The notes under the pieces are model-generated. The model had not been told where the DNA came from. It worked only from the letters and a program-made list of their open reading frames with translations, and made no database searches. A stretch of DNA of 64,000 nt, from contig JACAFG010000001.1 in assembly GCA_019352195.1 (NCBI GenBank), positions 2,485-66,484 of the forward strand, read 5' to 3'. The position numbers and the translations under genes are program-made. The DNA is from Candidatus Saccharimonadota bacterium. Its GTDB lineage: Bacteria > Patescibacteriota > Saccharimonadia > UBA4664. The first letter of the stretch is position 1. Every line of letters begins with the position of its first letter. Positions 47,931-57,944 of the stretch are shown here, in pieces.

Positions 47931-49862
47931 ATGGCTAAATCTAAAAAGCCAACAAATACTGTACGCAAGAAGCGTGCAAAAGTATTACTGCCGAAGGATA
48001 AGCAGCTTGAAGCCGAGCAACAGTTAGCTAAGCGTAAAGAAGCCAACCCAGATGCTTACAACCTACCTGCCAGCAAACGCAGCATACAAGACCTAACAAC
48101 TTACTTTGAAGCAGTTGAAGAAGGTACAAATGTTATATTGCCCAAAGAAAAACGCCGTTATGTCATTTACCTGCGTAAGTCTACCGATGATGAGGCTAAA
48201 CAGGTACGGTCGCTAGAAGACCAGCGGTCAGAGTGCCTAGAATTGGCTCACAGGCTGCAAATAACTATTAAAGAAGAAGATATTTTAGAAGAAAGTGCCT
48301 CTGCCAAAATATCAGGTAACCGACCTATCTTTGACGATATGCTAATGGGCTTTAGAACTGGCAAGTATCACGGTCTAATATCTTGGTCGCCAGACCGCAT
48401 ATCACGCAATATGAAGGAAGCTGGCGAGGTCATAGAGATGATTGACCACGAACTGATACAGGATTTACAGTTCAAAACTTACCAGTTTGAAAACAACCCC
48501 AACGGCAAAATGCTATTAGGCATATTATTTGCCACCTCTAAGCAGTATTCTGACAAATTATCGGTAGATGTTAAGCGTGGTACTGGCGGCAATATTAAAG
48601 AAGGTAAATATAATGGCGTAGTCAAAAAGGGCTACTTTGTAGACGCTAGCACTGGCTATTTCATACCTGACGGCTATAACTGGGACTTACTGCGTGAGGC
48701 AGCTAATATGAGGCTGTATGGGGGCAAAAACAACATTGAAATAGCCCAGTTCCTTAATGATAGCCGCCTAAGTATCCGCCGAGACCAAGACGAGCCGTTT
48801 AGCGTGGTCAAGGTAGATAAACAGATGGTTGGCGACATATTTGCTGACCCCTTTTACTTTGGGCTATATCACTATGGCAAGCACCTAGCTGACCTTACTG
48901 AGCTAACTGGTTTCTTGCCGCTAATAACGCCTGACGAATACATAACACTTAACCAAGTAATGGCAACCAACTTTGGCGAAAAATCTGCTCACAAAAGCGT
49001 TCAAAACAAGCGACTAGACTATGGGCTGCTGCGAGGCAAGGTTATTTGCGACTACTGCGATGAGCAAATGCAATTCCAGCACCAACAAGTTAAGCGAGGT
49101 AAAAATGCAGGCAGCTGGGTAATTAGCTTCTATTGCCGTAACCAAAACTGCTTTAGATTTGACAAAGATAAACAGGCAGAAGCTGGCGACTTCCCTAGTA
49201 AGAGCGTTAGAGCCAAGTACATTATGGCTGCCATTGAGTGGGAGCTACGCCACTGTACCAAAAAGAGCAAAAAAGCCTACCAAATGCATATTGATAAGCT
49301 CAGGGCGAAGCTGGCACAAGATACAGCGATTGCTAAGCGTAAACTGGCAGAAGCCGAGAATGACCTACGCACAAACGAAAAGCAGTATGCACGATACCAA
49401 CAGTTTCAGGTTGACCACCCTGACGATTATATAAAGCACCACAAAGGTAAGCTGGAACACTACCAACAACTTGTAAATGTAGCTAGCCACAATATAAAAC
49501 AGGCTAAGGCTGAGCTGGTACGGTTAAGTGTTGGATTGCCAACCGAGCAAGAGTTTTACGAACTTGTTAATTCGTATCTGTTAACACTACTAAAGACTAC
49601 TGATTTAATGGAACAAGACGCCGTATGTAATGAACTAGTGTTGAACCTACGAGTTAGGAACAACGCCGTCCCTGTTATAAAGCTAAATCCGCCATACAAT
49701 TTGCTGGCGGATTTAGCTGAAATATCTACTGGTCGGGGTGAAAGGACTCGAACCTTCGACCTCATGCTCCCAAAGCACGCGCGCTACCAACTGCGCCACA
49801 CCCCGATAAGTTGTCTTGAACCTGGTAATTATAGGCTAGGGAAGCGTCGAGGGTCAATTTAA
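47931..49862 (+). CDS. large serine recombinase (integrase); last 43 codons run antisense through tRNA-Pro and beyond
   Basis: YLRKST catalytic motif, PDRISRN, zinc-ribbon CDYC...CRNQNC, coiled coil. Confidence 0.92.
   Translation: MAKSKKPTNTVRKKRAKVLLPKDKQLEAEQQLAKRKEANPDAYNLPASKRSIQDLTTYFEAVEEGTNVILPKEKRRYVIYLRKSTDDEAKQVRSLEDQRSECLELAHRLQITIKEEDILEESASAKISGNRPIFDDMLMGFRTGKYHGLISWSPDRISRNMKEAGEVIEMIDHELIQDLQFKTYQFENNPNGKMLLGILFATSKQYSDKLSVDVKRGTGGNIKEGKYNGVVKKGYFVDASTGYFIPDGYNWDLLREAANMRLYGGKNNIEIAQFLNDSRLSIRRDQDEPFSVVKVDKQMVGDIFADPFYFGLYHYGKHLADLTELTGFLPLITPDEYITLNQVMATNFGEKSAHKSVQNKRLDYGLLRGKVICDYCDEQMQFQHQQVKRGKNAGSWVISFYCRNQNCFRFDKDKQAEAGDFPSKSVRAKYIMAAIEWELRHCTKKSKKAYQMHIDKLRAKLAQDTAIAKRKLAEAENDLRTNEKQYARYQQFQVDHPDDYIKHHKGKLEHYQQLVNVASHNIKQAKAELVRLSVGLPTEQEFYELVNSYLLTLLKTTDLMEQDAVCNELVLNLRVRNNAVPVIKLNPPYNLLADLAEISTGRGERTRTFDLMLPKHARYQLRHTPISCLEPGNYRLGKRRGSI
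49730..49805 (-). tRNA. tRNA-Pro(TGG)
   Basis: CGGGGTG acceptor stem, loop TTTGGGA, GGTTCGAGTCC T arm, CCA. Confidence 0.94.
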
Positions 49863-49939
49863 CGCTAGAACACTAGCCGAAAACGCCAAAATAGGGTAGA
49901 GTTTTAAGGTCAAATCAGCTCCACATTCAAATCATACAT

Positions 49940-50017
49940 GGCGGGTATAGCTCAGTTGGTTAGAGCGGCGGTTTGTGGTACCGTAGGTCGAGGGTTCAAG
50001 TCCCTCTACTCGCCCCA
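49940..50017 (+). tRNA. tRNA-His(GTG)
   Basis: G-1 plus GCGGGTA stem, GTG anticodon, GGTTCAAGTCC T arm, CCCA end. Confidence 0.93.
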
Positions 50018-50275
50018 GTTTTCATTCTTTGATAGCGGCTTCATATAGTCGTTATTTTGCTATTTAGTGAGTAATTCGTAATGGGGATCGAACCCAAATT
50101 AAGTATTGACAAAACAAGTCAATTAGCGTTTTAATAATACTCATACCTTCACATGTGCGAACTTCCGCTGCGTAATGAGAGTCAGTCTTTCATTTCGCGG
50201 CAGTAGTTCGCGGATTTTCCGGGGTGGTGATAGCTTCGGAAAATACCTACATATATCACACTGGAGGTGACCGTC

Positions 50276-51211
50276 ATGGACGGTTACACGTACCGAGTAC
50301 CGAAGTACGAGATCTACCCGGTGTACAACCACCGAGAAGACGGTTCGGCGTACCCCGAACCGTCTTCCGAGACCGATTACGAAGTCTTTTCCGACTTCGT
50401 CGTTCCGAACGGGATGTGGGTACTCGAACGCCCGACCTTCGGCTGCACCTGGATCGTGGGGACGACCTACCAGCAGGTCTCATCCGAGCCCATCGATCTT
50501 CGGAGCTTGGCGTATCGTCGTACGCTCTGCATCTCGGACACACCGTTCGGCTTCGTCAAATCGGAAGAAGCTACGAGCGTGTGGGGTTCTTCCAAGCGGG
50601 TACCGACCGGTCCCTGCCTGCTGAAGTATGCCCGGCAGATTCACAAGGGTGAACTCGGCCAGGGGATTCAGATCCCCAAACTGAAGTTCGCTCGTGAATC
50701 GGCCGCGGCGGCCCGCAAGAACACCGAGTTCGAGCGTGGTCGCGACCAGAAGCGAAATCCCTTCCGCTGGGCCCGTCTCAGCGATGTCGTGGAGGCCGCT
50801 GGCCTCCCGGCCAACGTCCTGCTGCAGCGCTACTGGGCCTTCAATGGCTCAAGTATTGACTGGAGTCAGGACTACCGTACTCACCGCACCGGAGAATTTC
50901 TCCACGTGCGGATCGGCGAGACTGCCGAAGAGATCACTGCTCAGCCGTACCGCCCCACCTACCTCGACAAGACAGAGGCGGGCAACCAGATCCGTATGGA
51001 GTCAGAAGTTCACACCACCTGGATCAGGGCTGGCTTCGCCAACACCTTGCTCCGCCTGGTGGCGCTGAACTACCAGCCCGACCCCCTGTCCATCGCCTGC
51101 ACTATCAGGCCCGACCCCGACAAGGCCCCAGCCTTATCGGGGTCTTGTCATATCTGGATGATTGAACGGAATTTGATATCATTGCCCAGGCTCCGAATTA
51201 GATCTAAGTAG
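50276..51211 (+). CDS. orphan hypothetical protein
   Basis: GGAGGTG RBS, GC-rich codons, upstream TTGACA at 50106. Confidence 0.65.
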   Translation: MDGYTYRVPKYEIYPVYNHREDGSAYPEPSSETDYEVFSDFVVPNGMWVLERPTFGCTWIVGTTYQQVSSEPIDLRSLAYRRTLCISDTPFGFVKSEEATSVWGSSKRVPTGPCLLKYARQIHKGELGQGIQIPKLKFARESAAAARKNTEFERGRDQKRNPFRWARLSDVVEAAGLPANVLLQRYWAFNGSSIDWSQDYRTHRTGEFLHVRIGETAEEITAQPYRPTYLDKTEAGNQIRMESEVHTTWIRAGFANTLLRLVALNYQPDPLSIACTIRPDPDKAPALSGSCHIWMIERNLISLPRLRIRSK

Positions 51212-51326
51212 CTCGTTCGAAACTTGAGCCCTAGCTCGCCCCAGGAATTATACTAGTGACGGCAATGCTGCCGTCATTTTATTTGGTAAGGTTATATGCA
51301 ATTTACGAACATAATTAAATACAATT

Positions 51327-51701
51327 ATGTTCATCGCTAAAGTCAAATCCCACAATTATATTAATGGCTATTGGTTCTCGGCAATTGAGTTCAGCCTGGC
51401 GAGTTTCGTGGTAGCCCCTTTTAGCTATTACTATTTGGCCCATAATCGCATTATTTTTGGAATATTGAGTATCGGCCTCATAATGAACTTTCTTGTCATT
51501 GTTGGCTTTGCGGTTGAGAGCATCATCCAAGGCGAAAGAGGTCTTGGCATGGCTTTCTATCGTGATAGGCGTGTACGTGAAAAAATCGCTAGCCAATACC
51601 CTTATCTGGGACGAGATACGATTATGTTGTGCGTTGGATTTCTGATTCCATTTTACCTAGCTACCGCAATCTACATCGAGACAGCTCACAGAAATCGTTA
51701 A
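51327..51701 (+). CDS. membrane protein
   Basis: Three hydrophobic segments. Confidence 0.55.
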   Translation: MFIAKVKSHNYINGYWFSAIEFSLASFVVAPFSYYYLAHNRIIFGILSIGLIMNFLVIVGFAVESIIQGERGLGMAFYRDRRVREKIASQYPYLGRDTIMLCVGFLIPFYLATAIYIETAHRNR

Positions 51702-51979
51702 CATTTAGCTACTTACGCTAGTGCCGCTTACAGTGTGCAGGACAACGAATATCGTCGAGCCAAGGTATGCCCTATGCCCAGCCATGGGACGGCTTTGACC
51801 CTGCTTTGTCGCACCAACCGCCTGAACGACATAAAGTCTAGGAAATCAGCTATCACCAGGGCAGATTACTTCAGGCAGTATTGGAGAGTAAAATGGCAGA
51901 TGCAAACCTCTCCAGCGGAAAGGCCTGCTCTTTGCGAGTGGAACTCAGTCTAGATGGCATATTTACAGAAATATCACCT

Positions 51980-52400
51980 CATCTTCTACGCCTCCTAACA
52001 CTATTTGGCGGACGTTGCCGGCATTATCCCTCTTGCCCTGTAGAGCCTCGCTCGTCATCTCTATTATGATCCGAGGCCGCTTGTAGCCCAGCACGTTCAG
52101 TCGTTGATTGCTCATGCCGCCGATCACGGCTCCCCGCCTGATCACGCTCTCCATGCGATGACGCTCGCCGCTGTGGTTATTACTTTTAGAAGAAAATTGC
52201 CTTGGTCATGTTGGTGCTAACCGTTATCGTTGGCGTCGCCCGCGTACTCGCCAAAGTTCACCCGCCATTAGATATGGGAGCAGGCCAGATAATTGGTTCC
52301 GCCGCTGCGTATGTTCTGGCGCAGTGGCTCTATCGTCGCAATATCGGTAACCAGGACCCTATTTTAGTCGTTTTCGACCCCAAGCAATCCGGTTCCAAAC
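51980..52400 (+). pseudogene. degraded PAP2 (BcrC-like) undecaprenyl-diphosphatase
   Basis: Fragments YYDPRP, HAADHGSPPDHA and VGVARVLAKVH-PLD interrupted by stops and a frameshift. Confidence 0.7.
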
Positions 52401-52577
52401 TCGTTCGTGCGCAAAATAGAGTACCGTACTCGCCAGGTTCGTAAAAACAGTTAGGGCTATGGTAGCACCAATACGTTTAGTGATGAGATAAATTACCACC
52501 AAGTCGGAGATGATGACTAGGATGCGAAAGGTGATGGATTTGGTGATGGATCGCTGCTGGGTATCTACAAGCTTCAT
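52359..52577 (-). CDS. DUF2061-like small membrane protein
   Basis: RSITKSITFR...LYFAHERVWNRIAWG. Confidence 0.85.
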   Translation of the reverse strand: MKLVDTQQRSITKSITFRILVIISDLVVIYLITKRIGATIALTVFTNLASTVLYFAHERVWNRIAWGRKRLK

Positions 52578-52867
52578 GGTTGTATCATAGCAAACCCATT
52601 CTTAGTTGCGCCGCACGAAATGTGCGCGTTAAACAACGCGGGTATGATTAGTTTGCGACCGCTCAATAATCGTTCTCTACAGCCGACTATCCGGCAGCAA
52701 TACACTTACAATTTTACGGCTCAATAGAGGCGTTATTTGATTATTCGAGATTAAAAACCAGCTGGGTAACGAACAAAAAAGCGAAGCGCCCCGCGGTATG
52801 CGAGGCGCGACACCCGTGCGGGTGTTACTTGGCCCTTGCGGGCGGTAGAGCTGTGATGAGACTGCGG

Positions 52868-53182
52868 TCAGTAGCCCCGCGCCTTCAGTCGCGCCTTCAT
52901 GACCAGGTTGAGGATGAAGAACACAACGACAAGCGCGATGATGGAGGTCCACCAGGGCAAACCCGTGGCCGCGACAGCACCACCGACGATCATACCGACC
53001 GGGATGTAGATGAGGGAGCCTTTGAAGAACTTCTCCACGAAGCCACCACTTCCGCCGAAGGACACCATGCTATTCGCGACACCACCCAAGGCGGTGATGG
53101 CTGCGATGATGATGGCAGCGGTGATAGCGCCTGCGACAACTCCAGCAAGGATGTTGCCGCCGATGTTGGCGGTGAAATGCAT
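52868..53182 (-). CDS. small Gly-rich hydrophobic orphan protein
   Basis: GAAGGAG RBS, TTGACT-17-TATAAT promoter, hairpin at 52786-52808. Confidence 0.65.
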   Translation of the reverse strand: MHFTANIGGNILAGVVAGAITAAIIIAAITALGGVANSMVSFGGSGGFVEKFFKGSLIYIPVGMIVGGAVAATGLPWWTSIIALVVVFFILNLVMKARLKARGY

Positions 53183-53465
53183 CGGTCACTCCTTCGAGTA
53201 TGCGGGATCGAACATCAGTTATTGATTATAAAACAAAAGACATATATAGTCAACTTAATTCACGCGTGGCTTAAGCATTCTGAGGCAATACTGACTGAAA
53301 CCTAATATCATTCACCATCACATTTCGTGTTGTGTCGCATTCAGCTCGAAGCTTGAAGCCTTGGCCGCCCCAGCATTGATCATCAAATTACGTCTTCATA
53401 CAGCTGTTATTCGATTTTCCGCCCGCAAAGTTTCTCGTACTTTTAGCTGCTGGTATACTTACCTC

Positions 53466-53858
53466 ATGTCATATCAAGTTCCGCCCACCACTTCGGTAAA
53501 TGATGATGAGTTTATTCCTAACAAGAACGTCATCCCGTTTGCACCTGAACTTGTGCAGTTCATCCTTGATGAGCGCAAATTAACGACCTATCGCTTCGGT
53601 AAGAAATACGATTACCATCAAGTAGGTGACTTAGTGGAGATCCAAAACTCAACCACGAAAGAGATTGTTGGGCAGGCACGGATATTGGCTAAGCGCTCAA
53701 CGACTTTTGAAGGTGTACCTGTAAACACGGGGACCCATGAGTCATACCGTGATAAGGAGCATCAGCGTCAGGTATTATCTGGCTATTACGCTTACATTGG
53801 GCGTGAAATTGCAGATGATGATCCGTTTCTAATCTTTGATTTTGCGTTGATCAAATAA
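53466..53858 (+). CDS. ASCH/PUA-like domain protein
   Basis: F...ILDERKLTTYR...VGD pattern. Confidence 0.7.
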   Translation: MSYQVPPTTSVNDDEFIPNKNVIPFAPELVQFILDERKLTTYRFGKKYDYHQVGDLVEIQNSTTKEIVGQARILAKRSTTFEGVPVNTGTHESYRDKEHQRQVLSGYYAYIGREIADDDPFLIFDFALIK

Positions 53859-54004
53859 TACTTTTTACGCGGGTAATGTCCTAACCTGAATGTCATTTGC
53901 CATGCTTAGACTTGGCGAAATGTAGCTAGTTCAAAACTTTAAGGCTCGCTCGCCCAAGTGTACTAATTCTTAAAGACCCAGTAGGGTCTGTTTGTTAAAA
54001 AGCT

Positions 54005-54580
54005 TCAACGATTGTACAAGGGGTAGTCAGTATCTATGTCGTTGAGCTTTTCTAACAATTTCATTGTCGTGTTCCAACTGCGAATTGTCATAGATTTATA
54101 AAGTGGTGACGCCATGATCCTACTGAGTCGGCTTTTCGTCCGTTAGGCGCTCAGGCGTTGTGAATAGACTACACCGTCTCCTGCCCACACCATGTCTACG
54201 CCTTCGCGCGGATTAAAGATTGTTATGGACTCAGCCTCATCAATATTCATCAGGAAGATTACGTCGCTGTGATATTTATCTGGCTGTTCGCCAAAACCTT
54301 GGGGCTTATGATCAATTACGCCCTGAAGCTGTTCACGGCTAAGCACCAAAACTTTAATGAGATCACTGTCTAACCGGAAGCTTTGAATTAGTGCGCCTTC
54401 AATTTGGACTTTAATGTCTGCTTCGTTCTTACTCGACTGTAAAATCACATTCCCGCTGGCAATGTACGTCGAGATATGAACGAAGCCCAGTTGTTCAAGA
54501 CAAGTTACTAGGTTCGCCATCGGTACAATGTTTTTACCACCGACGTTGATGCCGCGCAGCAGGATTACATAAGTATGCAT
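54005..54580 (-). pseudogene. DUF1697 protein with in-frame TAA
   Basis: LLRGINVGGKN, TYIASGNV; after TAA (54143-54145) the same frame continues RTKSRLSRI...MTIRSWNT. Confidence 0.85.
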
Positions 54581-54846
54581 GCCGAAATTTTACTTTATTT
54601 AAGAAGAGGTTTGCCCGAGCACTTCCCGAAATTCACTTCGGTTTTTCATCACGGGAATATCTGCGTAGGCAGTATCTCGACACTTAAAGGGTAAATGGCT
54701 CCAATAATCATAACTAAATCGTCCTAGCCGAGGTCCAAGAGTTTATTGTTTCGCCACATTCCAAATTATAGACTTACATTACTTATAGTGTTATAGTAAC
54801 AAAGCTTCAAATTGGAGTGTATAGCCGCGAGCCTTGGAGGTTCAGC

Positions 54847-55278
54847 ATGAGTGAAAATATCGCTGACGGCAATATTGACTGCAACAATTCCGATACCCAA
54901 CCGCAAAACGTTGCCGAGGAAGTTACACCTCCCCCGACCTGGCGAGTTAGTCGCGATGTTGTGGTGTCTGTCGTTGGCCCCATTGCACTCGTCGGCGGCC
55001 GCGCCATCAACAACTTCGTCGGCTTGATCATCGGGGAGTGCCCCGACTCGGCACGATTGGTGGGCCTGGAGCCTGACAGTCTCGCTGCCCGCAAGCGGAC
55101 GGCCGCCGACTGGCTAGTTGAATGTTTTCCTGAGCTGGCTGCCGTCAAGCATCTGGGCCCCAATACCAACACCGAACGACAGCTCGCCATGCTCGATCTG
55201 GCGTACTTCTACGAGGTCACTCAGCGCCCCAATGCCGGCAGCTGGCTACCCGAAATGTTTGCGGCCTCCTCGGTTTGA
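54847..55278 (+). CDS. orphan hypothetical protein
   Basis: GGAGG RBS; hairpin follows at ~55296-55330. Confidence 0.55.
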   Translation: MSENIADGNIDCNNSDTQPQNVAEEVTPPPTWRVSRDVVVSVVGPIALVGGRAINNFVGLIIGECPDSARLVGLEPDSLAARKRTAADWLVECFPELAAVKHLGPNTNTERQLAMLDLAYFYEVTQRPNAGSWLPEMFAASSV

Positions 55279-55365
55279 TGCCGTACCTATCGCCCGCTGA
55301 CTGCAGAATGCCTACCGGCCTGTGGTCGGCGGGTATTCTGCAGTTTGGTGCTATCATGAGCCAAT

Positions 55366-56241
55366 ATGATCACTCAAGTTTTGGATTTATTGCGCTGTCC
55401 CGTTTGTGGGCAGCGTTTTGCGAGCGCCATAACGGCAAACCCGCAAGCGACGTCAATTGCTTGTGTCAGCCAGCACCACTTTGATATCGCCAAGCAAGGT
55501 TTTGTAACGTTGCTGCGTAGCCAGCGTAACTCGGAGCAAATAGGTGATACCGCCGATATGGTAGAGCGGCGAATTGCGTGGCTCGAAGCCGGCTACTACG
55601 ACGCCATTGCAGCAGCCGTTTCCAAACCAATTCTCAATTTACTGCGCACGGATACCTCCGGGCTCACAGTTGGAGATCTTGGCGCGGGACCAGGTTATTA
55701 CGCTGGTTTTTTGGCTCGGGAGGCAAAGTCTAACGGCGTCCCCATACGTATAATTGCGCTCGACAACTCACTTTATGCGGCTAGACGCGCCGCCAAAGTA
55801 GATCCTAATGTTGCATCTGTGCGCGGCGACACATGGGACGAGTTACCTTTTGCAGACGCAGCATTAGACGTGGTGATAGTAATTTTTGCGCCCATGAATC
55901 TCACTGAAATCGCTCGCGTGCTCAAACCCGGGGGCACCTTAATTGTTGTCACCCCGGAGGCCGATCATTTGGCCACATTGCGTGCGGCTGTCCCGATGCT
56001 TAACATTCCTGAAGCCAAATCAGAGCGTCTCGCAGAGGCTGCCCTGGGCCATTTCTCGCTTGATAACAAGCAAACGATCACGACCCAAACAGAAATATCA
56101 CCTAATAGTGCCGCTAACGTCATTCTTATGGGACCATCGGCGCTGCATCTGACCGAAGTTACGCTCCTAGAGGTTTTGTCGCAGCGGCCAACCTGTACGC
56201 TCGATATAGCCGTCACGATAAATGAATTTAAAAAACTATAG
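55366..56241 (+). CDS. RlmA-like rRNA m1G methyltransferase
   Basis: N-terminal CPVC...C...HHFD-AKQG zinc finger, DLGAGPGYY SAM motif, RVLKPGG. Confidence 0.85.
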   Translation: MITQVLDLLRCPVCGQRFASAITANPQATSIACVSQHHFDIAKQGFVTLLRSQRNSEQIGDTADMVERRIAWLEAGYYDAIAAAVSKPILNLLRTDTSGLTVGDLGAGPGYYAGFLAREAKSNGVPIRIIALDNSLYAARRAAKVDPNVASVRGDTWDELPFADAALDVVIVIFAPMNLTEIARVLKPGGTLIVVTPEADHLATLRAAVPMLNIPEAKSERLAEAALGHFSLDNKQTITTQTEISPNSAANVILMGPSALHLTEVTLLEVLSQRPTCTLDIAVTINEFKKL

Positions 56242-56420
56242 TTTCAAGTCGCATTGCTCGGGGCGCCTTTATAATCTGACGAGTAATCATTCGTGTCCAT
56301 CTTGCAGCTAAGCACACGACTAAGGCGGCACGTACGTCGCTCAGTGGAGTCGACAAACTAGCAGTTATTATGCCGAAACGCATACATTAACGTATTAGAG
56401 TTTGTGCGCTCCAAGAAAGT

Positions 56421-57107
56421 CTAGAAGCTGCGGCCACGACCACCGTTGCGCCGAACCACTTCGTAACGATTTTTCGACATGTACCAGCCAAACCAAATCA
56501 GCCAAATCGTTTGCGGATACGCCACTACCCGCTCCATGCCCCCAATTCCCAAACCTAGATATATTCCAAGCACGTACAGGGTCAAAGCCACCAGCGGTAC
56601 GATGCCCGACGTGATCGTAAACAGCCGGGCTCCGCGCGGCAGCACGAGCGCAAACCCAAGCACTGCTACACCCAAATTGCCGAGCAAAAAGGGGAGTGCA
56701 GCACCAAATTGATGGAGGCCAGTATTAACGTTCTCTGGTGATAGTCCTACGATCAAAGTACCAACGCCCGCCACTGCTAAAGCCCCAAAGCCAAAGCCGG
56801 TGGCGTGAGTTGCCTTAAATTCGTGATACAACAGCACCGCCCCAAGTGCCATCGTAATTCCCAGTGCGATGAATGAGCTGTTCATGAGCGAGTGCAGCGG
56901 TGAGCACACCATTCGACCGGCCTGTAAGCCGCAACTGGTGGCGCCCAAATCACTGATGGTGTTAGCAGTCAAACTAAACGGCACAGTTACCGCGCGCGCC
57001 ACGATAATTTGATTCACAAAGTATTGGACGCTCAAAATCCACAGCAGAGGACCAAGCCATGGGTACTTGTCGGTAAAAATTCGAACACGCCTAAGCTGCA
57101 TAATCAC
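56421..57107 (-). CDS. DUF998 family membrane protein
   Basis: NTISDLG, CSPLH-LMN, GGMER motifs. Confidence 0.8.
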   Translation of the reverse strand: MIMQLRRVRIFTDKYPWLGPLLWILSVQYFVNQIIVARAVTVPFSLTANTISDLGATSCGLQAGRMVCSPLHSLMNSSFIALGITMALGAVLLYHEFKATHATGFGFGALAVAGVGTLIVGLSPENVNTGLHQFGAALPFLLGNLGVAVLGFALVLPRGARLFTITSGIVPLVALTLYVLGIYLGLGIGGMERVVAYPQTIWLIWFGWYMSKNRYEVVRRNGGRGRSF

Positions 57108-57238
57108 AGCTTAGGCTAGTTGGCGCCAAGTTAAAATATAATCTACGTTTATTGACAAAGTACAAGCATTATTTTAAAATGAACATTATACCTGCTCTAG
57201 CAAGTTGAAAGATGTCTTACCTAGCATAGGAGGCAGTA

Positions 57239-57781
57239 ATGAGCATCTAGCGCTTCAAGTACTACGATGGACAGCGCGATCCCGACCGCATGAGCACCGA
57301 AGGCTCGTTCGTCGACGCGCTGCGGCGGCTACTCACTTTCGATGTGGCCCAAACCGCCAGTTGGGTCGATGGCACCACGCGCGTCCAACTCACGACGAGG
57401 ACGTCCTGGATCGATCGTAGCTACGAAGTGGTTTTCTACCACGGCAGTCACGACGAGGTCAGGATCATCGCGGGTCTCGTTCGGGCCTTGAATCAGTTGC
57501 AGTCGCAAAGTCCCTACGATTTCTGGCAGTGGCTCGTCACCCCTACGGGCGAACCCCTGCAGGTCCTTCCTCGCCGTAAGCTCGACACTATCGCTGACGC
57601 AGTGGCCAGTGCCCATACCGGTCGGCTCATCGCCGTGCTCCAGGTGCTCGGTCTGAACTTCGAGACGGTGCTGGCATACACCGGCTTCGCCGATTTCGAG
57701 GAGTTCCTCACCATCGCCGTGCTCGCCCATGAGCTGGGCGAGCCATTCGAAGACACGCGCGGTCAGCTCGTGTCGGCCTGA
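57239..57781 (+). CDS. orphan protein (in-frame TAG at codon 4; ORF track start 57290)
   Basis: TTGACA-17-TAAAAT promoter and AGGAGG RBS precede ATG 57239, which is in frame with 57290 but followed by TAG at 57248. Confidence 0.55.
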
Positions 57782-57799
57782 CCTCACCGCCCACCAACC

Positions 57800-57839
57800 G
57801 CAAAACGCCCACCAGGCTTGCAGTTAGTGGGCGTTTTGC
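57800..57839. terminator. terminator hairpin
   Basis: GCAAAACGCCCAC / GTGGGCGTTTTGC. Confidence 0.7.
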
Positions 57840-57944
57840 TTTTACGCGTGAGGCCTTAGCCTTGGCCCATCTGGCCGCTAAGATAGCATAAATGTTAGCC
57901 AGCGTTCCGGATATATAACGAGCGGCGTTTTCGACCCATTCGTA

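Larger units (their letters stand above)
45172..49735 (+). mobile_element. ~4.56-kb integrative element at tRNA-Pro 3' end, mobilised by a large serine recombinase
   Basis: Abrupt AT-rich segment; CTGGTCG direct repeat at 45172-45178 and 49729-49735 (tRNA CCA end); LSR and HTH genes inside. Confidence 0.8.

Noticed and set aside
45172-49735. Prophage or ICE
   Set aside because: No structural, terminase, replication, relaxase or T4SS genes within the 4.6-kb boundaries.
41807-57250. Stop-codon reassignment (TAG or TAA read as an amino acid)
   Set aside because: Conserved genes end at expected positions with TAG (rny, hup), TAA (ruvA, ruvB, yebC) and TGA (dnaJ); only three accessory genes are affected.
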